DNA of 64,000 bases, from positions 2,026 through 66,025 of the IMG/VR virus record IMGVR_UViG_3300037827_000187; one strand, given 5' to 3'. The notes beneath the pieces are model-generated. The model made no database searches. It worked only from the letters and a program-made list of their open reading frames with translations, and was not told where the DNA came from. This DNA comes from a virus. Lineage: Duplodnaviria; Caudoviricetes. Position numbers and translations under genes: made by a program. Below, piece after piece: positions 19,166 through 30,300 of this stretch. The first letter of the stretch is position 1. Every line of letters starts with the position of its first letter.

Positions 19166-21270
19166 TATTCTCCTTCGGGGACTTCGCCCATCCCCTCTAG
19201 TCCGAATCCGCCTGCGCCCATTGACTGAGCTAGTTCGCGGATCGGACCGGTGAGTCCTGCCCCTGGTATCTTGCCTTCGAATTGCATCGTCCGAGGACGC
19301 CCGTCTTTGCCTGTGGTCTTCTGAGGCGCGGACTGTCCAACACGAGCTTTGCCTTCTGTCTGGAGCATTGCCTCCATCATCATCATGTCAATCTGTTGCT
19401 TCTGTTGCTGCATCTGCATCATTTGGACCTGGGGCGGGGCAAGGAGAAGCTTGTTGATGTTACGGATCTCGAAGGCTTTGTACAGTTCTTTGGCTGTCTC
19501 GTAGGGGTTTACATAGGGGGCGAAGACCGGGCTCTGGGACATGATGTTCATGAGGGCCATGATGTTACGCTGGCGGAGCATTCGGTTGGAGGCGTAGTTA
19601 GCGGCGACCAAGTCGAAGTCCAGGGTGCCAATGAGTTCCTCTGGCTGGAGGGTGATCCACTTTTTGATAGAAGGGTTCTCACCAGTAATCTGAACCTCGA
19701 TGGGGTCAGAGATGTATTGCTGGACCATCGAGGCGCACATTGTCAAGAGGGGCTGGAGGATGTCCAGTTCGAGATTGCGAATGAACATCTTGAAGCGATA
19801 GTTGGACTCCTGCATTACTGAGGAGATGCCAGTGGCAGTCTTGTTGTTGGTCGGGGATCCGGTTCCCTTGGAATAGAAGTCACTCACGCCCGAGGCTGTC
19901 TCGATCATGTTCTTGTAAACATCCATGACCTGATAGTCGCCTGCGGCAGGGGTAAAGAAGGGTAGGGGCATGATCACCTTGGTGGGGTCGCCTGTTACAC
20001 CGACCTTGCCACCTGGGACGTTGAAGCTCTGGAGCGAGTCCATGTCAATGTCGGCGTTGGTGTCATATGCATACCGACGATTGATCGATAGATTCCAGTT
20101 GTCGGTAATCATGTTCAGGAACTTATTGAGGGACTCCGTTAGGTCGGAGATGATCTCAATGGCTCCCAGGCCGAAGATCTCATTGGGAAGTTTGACATAA
20201 TCCGTATAGAGGATCGGAGCCTTCTTATGCATGAATGGGATCTCGCCATGATACAGGAGGAGGGGGACACCTGCGTAAACCTTCCGCTTGAATGGACTAT
20301 AACCAGCGGCTCGATAACTAGCGCGGAGATCCTTCCAGGAGATCGCCTCTGCATCCTCACCATACGTGAGGATAGTCTGGGTCTGCGCGTATTCGTCCCA
20401 AACTTCGGCAATCCGGATAATAGTATCCATCGGGTCTTCTGGAGCGCGCACATTGCTACTAACGCGCTGAACAAGCTTCTGAAAGCTGTCCGGGATATAC
20501 AGGGGCTTCTTTGAGGCGTCCTGCTGGGCGGCCTCTAGAGACATGTTCTGCTCACGGACCATTTGGCCGAGGGTGCGCTCGGTGAGGTGGGCGACGATGC
20601 CCCCATCGGGATCGAGGAGCAAGTCATAAACATCTATGGCGGTGAACCGGGGACGGCTGCGCGGGACTTGCTTCTGGGCTGGTTGATAACCCAGAATAAC
20701 AGGTTGCAGCATAGGCTGCATGGTATCTGGATTGATCGTGGGTTGAACAACCACTTGACCATTGTTATCAAGTAGGGGGATTGGCTGGCTATAAGTAACC
20801 AGATCATAATCCCAATCCCAATCGACCTTGATAGCGGCATTACCATAGATAACAATGTTGCGAACCAGGGACTCGAAGGCTTCGATGAACTGACTGCGCT
20901 TCAAAAGGCGAAGCAGGACCACCTGCATCTTCTCGGCGGCGGGTTCATCCTGGGCGCTGCGCCCTTTGGTTTCTAACCAGTCCTCGTAGGAGAAGAATGC
21001 GTCGAGGACCCTGGAGACGATCGTCTCGACATTGCTGAAAGGATACGGAACAAATGAATTGGATCGGGGTGTAACATTGTCGGGATAAAAGCGTTGATCG
21101 CGCTGTCCGAGATATTGTTTGTAGAAGAACGCTCGTCGTTGATCATATTGTTTCCTGAAATACCTCATCCTCCGCAGGTGATTAATCGCCTTGTTGGTTA
21201 TGTCGGCGTTCGGATCATCGTAGGTACTTACGAAGGGGGTGACGGACGGATTGTTATATTCTAGCGGCAA
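19165..21270 (-). CDS. Portal protein
   Basis: 701 aa; YGNA.IKV.W, FGLG..E...D....N, SG.SD...G, TATG.S...Q. Confidence 0.85.
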   Translation of the reverse strand: MPLEYNNPSVTPFVSTYDDPNADITNKAINHLRRMRYFRKQYDQRRAFFYKQYLGQRDQRFYPDNVTPRSNSFVPYPFSNVETIVSRVLDAFFSYEDWLETKGRSAQDEPAAEKMQVVLLRLLKRSQFIEAFESLVRNIVIYGNAAIKVDWDWDYDLVTYSQPIPLLDNNGQVVVQPTINPDTMQPMLQPVILGYQPAQKQVPRSRPRFTAIDVYDLLLDPDGGIVAHLTERTLGQMVREQNMSLEAAQQDASKKPLYIPDSFQKLVQRVSSNVRAPEDPMDTIIRIAEVWDEYAQTQTILTYGEDAEAISWKDLRASYRAAGYSPFKRKVYAGVPLLLYHGEIPFMHKKAPILYTDYVKLPNEIFGLGAIEIISDLTESLNKFLNMITDNWNLSINRRYAYDTNADIDMDSLQSFNVPGGKVGVTGDPTKVIMPLPFFTPAAGDYQVMDVYKNMIETASGVSDFYSKGTGSPTNNKTATGISSVMQESNYRFKMFIRNLELDILQPLLTMCASMVQQYISDPIEVQITGENPSIKKWITLQPEELIGTLDFDLVAANYASNRMLRQRNIMALMNIMSQSPVFAPYVNPYETAKELYKAFEIRNINKLLLAPPQVQMMQMQQQKQQIDMMMMEAMLQTEGKARVGQSAPQKTTGKDGRPRTMQFEGKIPGAGLTGPIRELAQSMGAGGFGLEGMGEVPEGE

Positions 21271-21290
21271 TTTTCCTCTTTAATTACTGC

Positions 21291-23081
21291 TCATGGATAG
21301 CGCTCCGCGAAGCAATCTACCTCACCAGTAGAGGATACATTGGCGGCTGCGGCTGTGTCGGCGGCAATTTGGATCGAGAATCCTGCACCTCCAACCGCAC
21401 GATTAAGGGTAACAATATGGGGCTGGCCAGTCATGGTGCCGACCAGGGAGCAGGAGAGAGCATAGTTGTTATCTGGTAGCTGACCGTCCCAATTGATCTG
21501 GGCCGAAGTGCAGGTTGCCCCGATTGAACCAGCAGTTGGGCAACTGCCCCCAAGCGTGCCCACTATAACCTTTCTTGCGGAACTCGCGAACTGCCCGATG
21601 GTTGATGTAACTTGGTTTGTTGAATTCGCGAGAAGATATGGGCCAACGCTGTAGGTATTGAAATACTGCGGACCAATTATAGTGTCAGCAGGCTCGGCAG
21701 TACAACCAGCATTGACGTTTCCGATATGCGTCCCATACTTGAACAGATTTGTACTAGTCCCGGAGATATACTTGTTGGCGAGAAGCATATTTGAACCGGA
21801 ATCAATAATACGCACGCCATCGATTTGATTGCCTGTCACTGAGGCTTCGGTATTGAACGTATTGCCCATCAGGAAGGCGTTGCCTAAAATATTACACGAA
21901 GTGCCATTGTAACCATTGATAACTACGTTGCTTTGCGTGTTCTCACAGGGAAGAGAACCACTTCCACTCCCTCCAGAAGCACATACACCCACGCTCGCGA
22001 TTGCTGTAAACCCATTACCAAAGAGGAACAATCCGCCATGCAGGAACGCCGCGAGGCTTGAATCTGAATCTACATTTGCTAGTACTTGCGCTGCATTGTT
22101 ATTTGAGGAATCCGAATCAATCAACCAAACAACGGAATTGGTTGTCGTGAGGCCGTTCCCAGAATTTTGTTCAAAGAACGAGTGATTAATATGAAAGTCG
22201 GTAGTGTTGCGGATGACCAATCCATCACCATTAAGTGAACGATTGAATGCTACGCGATCTAATCTTCCGCCTTGTGCTTGATTGGCCGTCGTCGTACTTG
22301 TGATGGTGGCATCGTGACTGCCACATTCGACGAAGGATGAGGCCTGAATAAACATATGGTCACGCGCGCCGCCCGAGGTATCGACGGAAAGGCAGACGGT
22401 GGAAGGGTTGGTTGGATTATTGCCATTGAGTTGGATATCGTGAATCTCGACGTTCGCTCCATCGATGGAGACCATCGTCGTGAGGTTCGTCGAATTCGCT
22501 TGCTTAATCACTACCGCTTGGTTAGTCAACGAGAGTACATCTTCGTTTACACTTGACGGAATACCATTAATTGAAGCTCCGGTTTTGAGCGTGATCGGAG
22601 CGGTTTGAATCCACGTTCCGCCTTGAATGAAGTCCAAAGCATGATAGGTATTAATCGTCGGTGCGGTGGAGATCGTAAGTCCACAAGCTTGGTTAACCTT
22701 AATTCGCCCAGGAACTGCGCCAAGCACCGCATCTGCACCCACAATATGCGCGCCGCAATCGGTACCGCCAATAGGCGCAACCGAGTCGGCATAGACTATT
22801 CCTTCTATATTGGCGGCACTGACCGTACCGGTAAAAAGTGCAGTACCTGAAACTGTTAGCCCGGCGATGGTTGGGGCTACGCCAAGCACCATTGGACCCG
22901 TGCCTGTGAAGGTACCAAGGGCAGTTCCATTGAGAGTCAGGCCGGATGTAAAGGTTACGGCTCCATTGAAAGTATTATTACCTGTGAAGATATTATTGAG
23001 CGATAGCCCTGGCTCTACAACAGTTTGGCCAAAGGCTGCTGCACCCAGAAGAAGTATCGTAGCTAGAAGTCTTTTGATCAT
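21291..23081 (-). CDS. Beta-helix spike/adhesin-like protein with N-terminal signal peptide
   Basis: MIKRLLATILLLGAAAFG|Q; N/G/D-rich beta-helix-like repeats. Confidence 0.6.
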   Translation of the reverse strand: MIKRLLATILLLGAAAFGQTVVEPGLSLNNIFTGNNTFNGAVTFTSGLTLNGTALGTFTGTGPMVLGVAPTIAGLTVSGTALFTGTVSAANIEGIVYADSVAPIGGTDCGAHIVGADAVLGAVPGRIKVNQACGLTISTAPTINTYHALDFIQGGTWIQTAPITLKTGASINGIPSSVNEDVLSLTNQAVVIKQANSTNLTTMVSIDGANVEIHDIQLNGNNPTNPSTVCLSVDTSGGARDHMFIQASSFVECGSHDATITSTTTANQAQGGRLDRVAFNRSLNGDGLVIRNTTDFHINHSFFEQNSGNGLTTTNSVVWLIDSDSSNNNAAQVLANVDSDSSLAAFLHGGLFLFGNGFTAIASVGVCASGGSGSGSLPCENTQSNVVINGYNGTSCNILGNAFLMGNTFNTEASVTGNQIDGVRIIDSGSNMLLANKYISGTSTNLFKYGTHIGNVNAGCTAEPADTIIGPQYFNTYSVGPYLLANSTNQVTSTIGQFASSARKVIVGTLGGSCPTAGSIGATCTSAQINWDGQLPDNNYALSCSLVGTMTGQPHIVTLNRAVGGAGFSIQIAADTAAAANVSSTGEVDCFAERYP

Positions 23082-24253
23082 TCAGATAACACTGTGATGA
23101 TGCTCGTATCTTCATCACTTACAAACTGGTTACAAACGCAACACCAGCATCGAAAGTCGGCCATTACTTGGACACCTGCTCCTCCACAAGTGTTGCAAAT
23201 AACTCCATCTGCAAAAGGAAATGAGGACATGGTTACGTCAAGGATTCCGGGGACTGAAGTGTCTCTGCTAGATGGAGGGGGAGTATAAACTTGATACAAG
23301 GATCCTGTGTCCGTTATTTGAAGACTCCAATAACTACCATCAGATGCAAAGCCTTGATACGCAGAGGGTGCAGTGGCATCAGCGCCAATTTGTGTTTGTT
23401 GCGTAGTGCCTTGAGGACTAGCCTGCAAGTTCCATGTAAATGAGGGTGAATTGATGTGGACCGCCGCAGGAGTAGTAAAAAGCACTGGACTTACGGCGAT
23501 CTGGCCGCCCGGAATAAATACTATTGAATATGCTTTGCCGGTGTTTACTTGAGGAATTAATGGAGTACAAGAATGGGTTATTCCACCCCCTCCTCCCCCA
23601 CCACCTGTTTCACTGAATGCGGCGGATACTCCAGTACAATAATCCGAAGGACTTACAGTAAAGGTTGCTTGTTGGGTTCCGGTGCTTATTAGGTAAGCTC
23701 CTGCTGCTTCAATGTTTCTGACTCCAGATGTATTGATAATATCTGCAACCCATCCTGCGGTAGTACAAGCAGTGATAACTCCACTTCCACCTGCACCAAC
23801 ATCATTTGTTCCAGAAGAATTTACAAAGAATGTACTTTGACTTATGGTTCCACTTGTACTAGCACAAGTGAAACTTGATACAGGAACATTTGTTTCTTGA
23901 GACCCTACAGTTTGAGCAGTTGTTATTCCGGTACCTGAGATTTCATATACGATGATTGCCGGGATTCTGCCGCTAAAAAGTTGCGAAAAGGTTATGCTAG
24001 TTGCAGCTAAAGTGGTATGAAGGATATGAATGCCTTCGTAGGAATTGCCATTAGATGAACTTTGAAGATGCGTTAAAGATTCTCCGGCATTGGTAGCTAG
24101 GGCGATTTGAACCCCGAAAGCAATCGCTGCTTTGTTTATCATTACAACGGCAATTAACCAGTTGCCGATAGTAGACGTTCCAGATAAACTGAATGTTCCG
24201 GTAGTTAATTGTCCTGTATTAGGATAGACCGTTTTGTTAACAAGAGAGATCAC
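23078..24253 (-). CDS. Beta-rich protein with poly-Gly linker and C-terminal Cys cluster
   Basis: Gly9 linker; CNTC...CWCCVC. Confidence 0.55.
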   Translation of the reverse strand: MISLVNKTVYPNTGQLTTGTFSLSGTSTIGNWLIAVVMINKAAIAFGVQIALATNAGESLTHLQSSSNGNSYEGIHILHTTLAATSITFSQLFSGRIPAIIVYEISGTGITTAQTVGSQETNVPVSSFTCASTSGTISQSTFFVNSSGTNDVGAGGSGVITACTTAGWVADIINTSGVRNIEAAGAYLISTGTQQATFTVSPSDYCTGVSAAFSETGGGGGGGGITHSCTPLIPQVNTGKAYSIVFIPGGQIAVSPVLFTTPAAVHINSPSFTWNLQASPQGTTQQTQIGADATAPSAYQGFASDGSYWSLQITDTGSLYQVYTPPPSSRDTSVPGILDVTMSSFPFADGVICNTCGGAGVQVMADFRCWCCVCNQFVSDEDTSIITVLSE

Positions 24254-24511
24254 TTAATCGGTAGAGACTGGTTTCCACGCAGGCGCAATCTGTTGAATAG
24301 GCCGACCCCTTCGCCTGTCGACCACCTCGTGGTCCCCGTGGGTTTTCATGCAGTGCTCACACCAGATAGTGCCGTCGGCATACGTTCGGCAAGCCTTGCG
24401 TACCTTGCGACACACATGGGGGGCTGGGTAGACTTCGGTCATGTTGACGTTCAGGGGCATTCGCCGGTTAGGCGAGGGCACTCGACGATCGATGATCTTA
24501 ATTGAGGGCAT
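24254..24511 (-). CDS. Small basic Cys/His protein
   Basis: HVC...C...WCEHC...H; start MPSIK overlaps the upstream stop. Confidence 0.45.
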   Translation of the reverse strand: MPSIKIIDRRVPSPNRRMPLNVNMTEVYPAPHVCRKVRKACRTYADGTIWCEHCMKTHGDHEVVDRRRGRPIQQIAPAWKPVSTD

Positions 24512-24843
24512 TAGCCTGCTGCTACCATTGGTTGGATCCAATAGTTAATTGAACCTGCGCCAGGATTAAAGATTCTAATTCGATCATGCTGGGCAGTGAG
24601 TTGGTAGACCGCCGTCACGCCAGATGGTATGCGATAGTCAGTAGCAGCTGCGGCGGGCATCCCCGAGTTGCCGAATCTAATATTAATATCTCCGTTGGCA
24701 TTGATTGCAAACAAGGAGTTCTTTTGGCCAGCGAGAAGTTCCGCCGTAGAGGTAGTACCTCCTAGCGTGGCGCTAAGATCCGCAGTATTGGTATTGGCAG
24801 TTGCCCCACCAATTGGATTGAAAATTGCTGCAAATGTTGACAT
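24511..24843 (-). CDS. Small beta-rich hypothetical protein
   Basis: AGGA RBS; 110 aa. Confidence 0.6.
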   Translation of the reverse strand: MSTFAAIFNPIGGATANTNTADLSATLGGTTSTAELLAGQKNSLFAINANGDINIRFGNSGMPAAAATDYRIPSGVTAVYQLTAQHDRIRIFNPGAGSINYWIQPMVAAG

Positions 24844-24853
24844 AGTTAAAGTC

Positions 24854-27800
24854 CTAGTTAGTGAGTACTGAACCTGAAGTCATCTTACCGCCTTGAATAC
24901 TATTGGTATTGGAAGGCACGGTTGTAAGAGGAGCAATCGCCACTCCCTCAACGATGTAAGCACCGCTTGTCCCGTTGAATGCTGGAGTCTGGGCTACGCC
25001 CGCCCCACCTGAGAGGACTTGGTACTCGGCAGAATTGCCTACGCCGTCTGCGGCTCCTAGCGTCCAAGGTGCGGTCGCAGTCGTGGCACTGCCAAGCAAA
25101 CACGCTGCCCACACAGATTCATTGCCCAGTGGCGGAGTAATGTTGGCCGCTGTCTGGTTGCAAGTGCTTGCCGCGCCGGAGTTTGACCCAACAGCGTTGA
25201 AAGTAGTCGTTCCGCCGGTCTTGTCATTACCCGAGAACTCTCCTCCCAACACGATTGAAAAATTGTTACAATCGCTTGCTCCGGTGAAAGTTGCCACGAA
25301 TGGATCTAGGGTAGTATCAGGCGCAATCGCTACAAACGTAGCCCCCCAACTATTCGATCCCGTACTAGCGGGCGCAATTCGTTGCGTGATAGTCCAGCCC
25401 GGAGAGGTTAAGGTGATGCCGCTGATCGGGCTTGCTGTCGGATGGCACTGGGCAAAGAAAACCACGGCATCCCCGACTGCGTTTGCTGCACAGGAAAATG
25501 AGCCTGAGCCTGAAGCAGCAAAGAACTTATTGGCTGGGACGCATCCATTCGGGACATAGGCCATGACGGGCGTGGTAAAAGTTTGATCGTTGCCGTAAGC
25601 TGTGCCGACTGAGTTTGTAGCCTTGGCTCGATAGTGATAGGTCGTTCCGGGAGAAAGTCCGATAAGCGAGCTATTCCACGGGGTTACCGTGCCGTCTGAA
25701 GTGCAGGGTGCCGTGGGATTAGAACTGAGTCCGTAGCACGTCCCTTCCGAGGTCACTGCCGCGCAACCTCCAGTACAGACATAGCTATTGCCCACGATGT
25801 TGACCGAGGTCGCTTGTAGGAAGGAGGTCGTTGTGCTTGTGGTCGCCGTGGGCAACGTAACTGCTGCGACGGTGAATGTCGCTGTCGCTGTTGTGCTGTT
25901 GTCAGTGATTGTTTCGGTGGCATTCGTCGATCCCGCAGTGAGCACCGCTGTTGCCGTGGTGTTCGAGGTTATCGTGGCTGTCCCGAGACTCGCCCCTGTG
26001 CCTCCGCTCTCACTAAATAGGTTGCTGGTCGTGTAATTCCCATTCCCTGTATCCGTCTGCCAAAGCGTGTTGGTTCCGGTCATAGTCAGTGTGGGCGTGG
26101 TGTTTGCCGACCCCGAAGTGGGAGAGATAACCAAGGTTGCTGCGGACACCGAAATCGTGGTACTGATCGAGTCAGTGGTATCTGTGATCGTCAGCGTTCC
26201 CGTGCCCGAGCCGGTTGTGATCTGAAGAGTTTCAGAGGTTGAGGAACTGTTCGACTTGCTAACCAGGGTTGCCCCGGTCACTCCCGAAATCGAGAATGCC
26301 GTGCCGCCCGTCCAAGAAGTACCGCTGCCCGTTAGTGCCACGGCAATATTCTTGCTGTGCTGAGATGGGATTATGGCGGGAGTGGCAAAGAAGCTGGCAC
26401 CGGCTGATGCGAATTGATACGCCCCGGTATCCCATGTGCTGCCGCGAGCGTTCTCAGTGATCGCAGGGCAAGTCAGCTTGTGGTTTGTGGTGTTGTAAGA
26501 ACAGGCAAAACCAGTCCCACTTGAGCAGGCGGTCCCAGCAGCCGCATTAAGCCCGGTGATCGTTGAGCAAACAGAAGAAGCATTCCCCCCGGCGTGGACA
26601 GTTGACACCGATCCGGTTTGAGGGGCAAAACCGTTGGCATCATTGTAGCCTTGCCCATTGGCAGTCGAGAGCGTCTGTAGAATGTCATTTGTGAATGGGG
26701 CTGGCGTGCTGCATACGCTTCCATTTGTGCAGATAAATCCCGCCGTGTCCGAACCGATTCCGTGATTGTTGCCGAAGAACACTGTCGCTGGACAGTTAAA
26801 ACTACCATTCGGAGGGCCGTCGCAAGAACTTCCCGAAGAGAAATTAGTGCCATTGCTACACAAGTTGGTGTCTTGTCCGCACTCAATGGTGTTGTTGAAA
26901 ATGTAGTAGGTGCCGTAATTCACATTGTTGTGACCGACAGGACCGATCCCAGAAAAACCAACGTTGTTAGCATAGTTCACGTTATTGAAGGCGTACATCA
27001 CGTTGCCCGTGATGCTGCTGCCAATGTTGTTATTGAACCACATTCCTCCGCCTGATCCCGCTCCCTGTGCCGGAGACAGACTGAAGGCATTCGTAAGCAA
27101 ATTGTTGTAAATGAATTGAGTGGTACACTCTGCTGGGCCTTGAATGGATAGCAGGTTAATGTGTCCAATCACACCTTGCCAAGCATCGCTCTGGGGAGAG
27201 TTATTGAACCAGTTGTCATGCCAATTACACGCAGCCGCACTTGAAGCATCTGCGACCCAGGCAAGATAATTGTTGTAGATACAGGAAACATGACCATAAA
27301 AATAATGAATCATGTCCTTCGTGGTATCAGACCCATCAGCTATATTGTCATGGTAGCAACTGCCGGTTGAGGAACTGTCGTCACTGTATCCAACAGGGCT
27401 GTCGTAGTCACCATTAGCTGCTGTATCGTGCGACCATCCGTGGACATACATACGTTGAAAGTGGGAATTTTGAGCGCCCGTGAAATGAAACAAGGTGCCT
27501 GAAGTATTACTATTCCCGGCCCCGTTTCCTATGGTCTTTGACCCAGTGACCTCGATGTTGTCAAAGACGGTGTAGTTTCCCCAGTCGCATAATAGAGCGC
27601 AATTGGATGGATTGGCTTGACCGTAAGCACCGATAAAGCTAAGGTTCTGCATATTGAAGATCGGTCGCGCCCATGATCCCCCAACAAACCAAGTAATATC
27701 AAACCCGATGTACATGAGATGACTAGCATTGCCGCTCCATCCCGGTGCCCAATATATTCCTAGCTCAGAGTTCGTCCAGGTATCCCCGCCGCGCATTATC

Positions 27801-28078
27801 ATCCCCGTACCCGCAGCAGGTGTTACTGATGCGCAGGTAGCCGTGCACCCAAACATACCTGGAACATGAAGAAATGGGGTGCTTTCCGACGTGCCGTTGT
27901 TGCTGTCTGAAGCACCGGCCTGCTTGGAGGCGTAATAGCAATTGGTCACACCCATGCTGGACAGTGTGACGTTGAAAGGTTGCGCCGTTCCGTAGTTTGC
28001 CCCAGTCGGGCACGTGCCCCCCGCACCAAAGGCAGGCAGAGCGAATAACAGAAACGGAATGAGTCGAAGTAGTTTCAT
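24854..28078 (-). CDS. Large Cys/Thr-rich beta-helix + Ig/Fn3-like protein with signal peptide
   Basis: MKLLRLIPFLLFALPAFG|A; SDSNNGTS..TPF, WDTGAYQF, GLSPGTTYHYRA.ATNSVGTAYG. Confidence 0.7.
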   Translation of the reverse strand: MKLLRLIPFLLFALPAFGAGGTCPTGANYGTAQPFNVTLSSMGVTNCYYASKQAGASDSNNGTSESTPFLHVPGMFGCTATCASVTPAAGTGMIMRGGDTWTNSELGIYWAPGWSGNASHLMYIGFDITWFVGGSWARPIFNMQNLSFIGAYGQANPSNCALLCDWGNYTVFDNIEVTGSKTIGNGAGNSNTSGTLFHFTGAQNSHFQRMYVHGWSHDTAANGDYDSPVGYSDDSSSTGSCYHDNIADGSDTTKDMIHYFYGHVSCIYNNYLAWVADASSAAACNWHDNWFNNSPQSDAWQGVIGHINLLSIQGPAECTTQFIYNNLLTNAFSLSPAQGAGSGGGMWFNNNIGSSITGNVMYAFNNVNYANNVGFSGIGPVGHNNVNYGTYYIFNNTIECGQDTNLCSNGTNFSSGSSCDGPPNGSFNCPATVFFGNNHGIGSDTAGFICTNGSVCSTPAPFTNDILQTLSTANGQGYNDANGFAPQTGSVSTVHAGGNASSVCSTITGLNAAAGTACSSGTGFACSYNTTNHKLTCPAITENARGSTWDTGAYQFASAGASFFATPAIIPSQHSKNIAVALTGSGTSWTGGTAFSISGVTGATLVSKSNSSSTSETLQITTGSGTGTLTITDTTDSISTTISVSAATLVISPTSGSANTTPTLTMTGTNTLWQTDTGNGNYTTSNLFSESGGTGASLGTATITSNTTATAVLTAGSTNATETITDNSTTATATFTVAAVTLPTATTSTTTSFLQATSVNIVGNSYVCTGGCAAVTSEGTCYGLSSNPTAPCTSDGTVTPWNSSLIGLSPGTTYHYRAKATNSVGTAYGNDQTFTTPVMAYVPNGCVPANKFFAASGSGSFSCAANAVGDAVVFFAQCHPTASPISGITLTSPGWTITQRIAPASTGSNSWGATFVAIAPDTTLDPFVATFTGASDCNNFSIVLGGEFSGNDKTGGTTTFNAVGSNSGAASTCNQTAANITPPLGNESVWAACLLGSATTATAPWTLGAADGVGNSAEYQVLSGGAGVAQTPAFNGTSGAYIVEGVAIAPLTTVPSNTNSIQGGKMTSGSVLTN

Positions 28079-30300
28079 TGTCCCTTGAAAGCTATGGCTG
28101 AAGCTGAAGCTTTATCGCCGCTGCCGGAATCGGTCCAAGTTGGTGCGGTTCCTGTAGTCGTATTGATTGCCGCCGCATAACCGGAACCGAATCCCGCAAG
28201 GAAATCTTCAAAAGTCGTGTACCCAGCCCCGCCCGTGATGGCGGTAATGTTGTTATTTTGGGGCTGGATTGATTGAATGATCACATCCTTGGTTCCGTTG
28301 AGCGTGAGTGCAACACCGGGGCAACTAGTACCTGTGCAGGTTTCCGTGGTGATCTTGCCTGCTGCGTCGTAAAGTACAGTACTACCGGACCATGCTAGCT
28401 CCCATACGTCGGCACCCCAATTTACCGAAGCCGAACTTGTGGAAGCCAGGTTGACCGTGAGGCTAGTCCCACCGGAGGCGGGAGCAAGGTTGTATATGCA
28501 GTAATTTTGAAAGTTGATTCCCGCGCTGGGATTCCAATCGGTATAGCAGCCGCCATCATTAATCCACTGCCCTCCGCTGATTCCCGAAATAGACGTGAAC
28601 ATCGTTGGGGCATTGTTGTTGTTTATGCTTAGGGTAACGACAAGCATGTGTCCCGTACCAATCGCCGTAAGCCCGGTCAAAGCGCAAGTGAGCGTATTCG
28701 AGCAGGTATGATCGTAGCTCTTATGCTGAATGACGGACCATGTTCCCGCACCTGAACTCGCGTTTGTGGACATAAGCGCCATACCGTTCGCTATGAATGA
28801 ACCGACGCCAGAAGATGTATTGGTGTCGTGCGTCCATGTCCACGTTTGCGAAGCCGTTGACGTTGCGTTATAGAAATCCCCGACCCCAGCATTCAAGTCG
28901 CAATGAGATGGATTGCTGATGGTTGTGTAGTAGCAATTCTGTTGGTTAGCCCCGCTGGGCGCGGACAATCCCGTATAACTGTCCCACTGCGACCCGATCT
29001 GCCCAATCATCACTTCGTTCTGGTTTGTTGGGGTGCCACTAAAACTGGTGACGTTGCCCGACCCGCCAGTCTTGTTCTGTTCTCCAAAGGTTTGCGCTAA
29101 TCCGCTAGGTCCGAATCCAATATCCAAAGGATTGGTGTTACCTGCTCCGCAAATATCGTGCATCCAGAAGGAAGTGCCATTTCCTCCGCTCGATCTGGGA
29201 TTCATTGTCCAAGTTACGCTGTAAACTCCTGGTGAAACGCCCGAAGCTAACCACGCATTCCCTACCGCATTGAAATCATCGGTCGCTTGGCTAAGGGTAG
29301 TGCTGCCAATTTGCTCGTAAGTATTCGTTCCGTCACTTGCAGATGTGGCATAAGCGCAATCCCCGCTAAATCCGCTACCATTGCAGCCCGAGTTACTCAA
29401 CACCGCGATGGCATTCCCGGTGATGGGGTATTTAAGGGCTACCGTCGAGGCTGTCTCGTTCTGCGTATTGTCGTGCTGGACGTAGCAGACACGCACACCA
29501 GACGGAGGGGCCGAACCCGCCGAAGCCGATTTAAAAGCCACTGAGGCAGCAATATAATTGGTGGTTGGAGCCACCGTAAAGGTTGGAGAAAAACCTACGG
29601 TGTCATTATAAACCCCGTATTGCACGCCCGAGCCGAAGGTATCAGCAATCATGGCCGAGCGCAACGTCCATGGCATATTTGTTTGATTAGTCGTACTAAT
29701 CGAAGTGAGCTGGGTGCCATTGGTCACCGCTCCGAATTGAAAAACCAAATCATTCACGGCGGTGAGGGCAGGCAGCGCGCCAGAGGTAACAGAAGTACCA
29801 CTACTCGCCTGACAGGCAACTTGGTCGAGGGCGCCAATATTGTAAAATTCATAAAGTTGCAACTGAGGATGATGGCGAGCAGCTAGAGTGACAGCGACCT
29901 CCTGTACTCCCGCACGGATTCCGGACACGTACCACACTTCTCCCACTACCCCGTTGGTCGCATCGGTGCAGCTTGTGGCCTTGATGTAGGTATTACCGCC
30001 AATGTTGTCCGACCATGTCACAGTTTGCGCTGTTGTATCGTAGCGCAGCCAGAGTAGAAGCGTGTTGCCTGAAATCGTTGGATTGGGCAAAAAGCTATCT
30101 ACGACTGTGATCGTATCCGTGATACCTGGGGGCGGTGCTTGCGTCACCGGCATTCCAGCACCATTATTAGCAAACGCCGGAGCAACATTAACCGCGCCAG
30201 GCTTCGTTGATCCAACAGGAAAGGTTGATCCCGCAGGAATCGTGCTCTGCGCAAAGAGAAAGCTAGCTGACATTAACACAAATGTGAGAAGCCTTTTCAC
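28075..30300 (-). CDS. Three-module beta-sandwich protein with signal peptide
   Basis: GTG start overlapping the upstream TAG: MKRLLTFVLMSASFLFA|QST; three ~200-aa repeats. Confidence 0.65.
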   Translation of the reverse strand: MKRLLTFVLMSASFLFAQSTIPAGSTFPVGSTKPGAVNVAPAFANNGAGMPVTQAPPPGITDTITVVDSFLPNPTISGNTLLLWLRYDTTAQTVTWSDNIGGNTYIKATSCTDATNGVVGEVWYVSGIRAGVQEVAVTLAARHHPQLQLYEFYNIGALDQVACQASSGTSVTSGALPALTAVNDLVFQFGAVTNGTQLTSISTTNQTNMPWTLRSAMIADTFGSGVQYGVYNDTVGFSPTFTVAPTTNYIAASVAFKSASAGSAPPSGVRVCYVQHDNTQNETASTVALKYPITGNAIAVLSNSGCNGSGFSGDCAYATSASDGTNTYEQIGSTTLSQATDDFNAVGNAWLASGVSPGVYSVTWTMNPRSSGGNGTSFWMHDICGAGNTNPLDIGFGPSGLAQTFGEQNKTGGSGNVTSFSGTPTNQNEVMIGQIGSQWDSYTGLSAPSGANQQNCYYTTISNPSHCDLNAGVGDFYNATSTASQTWTWTHDTNTSSGVGSFIANGMALMSTNASSGAGTWSVIQHKSYDHTCSNTLTCALTGLTAIGTGHMLVVTLSINNNNAPTMFTSISGISGGQWINDGGCYTDWNPSAGINFQNYCIYNLAPASGGTSLTVNLASTSSASVNWGADVWELAWSGSTVLYDAAGKITTETCTGTSCPGVALTLNGTKDVIIQSIQPQNNNITAITGGAGYTTFEDFLAGFGSGYAAAINTTTGTAPTWTDSGSGDKASASAIAFKGQ

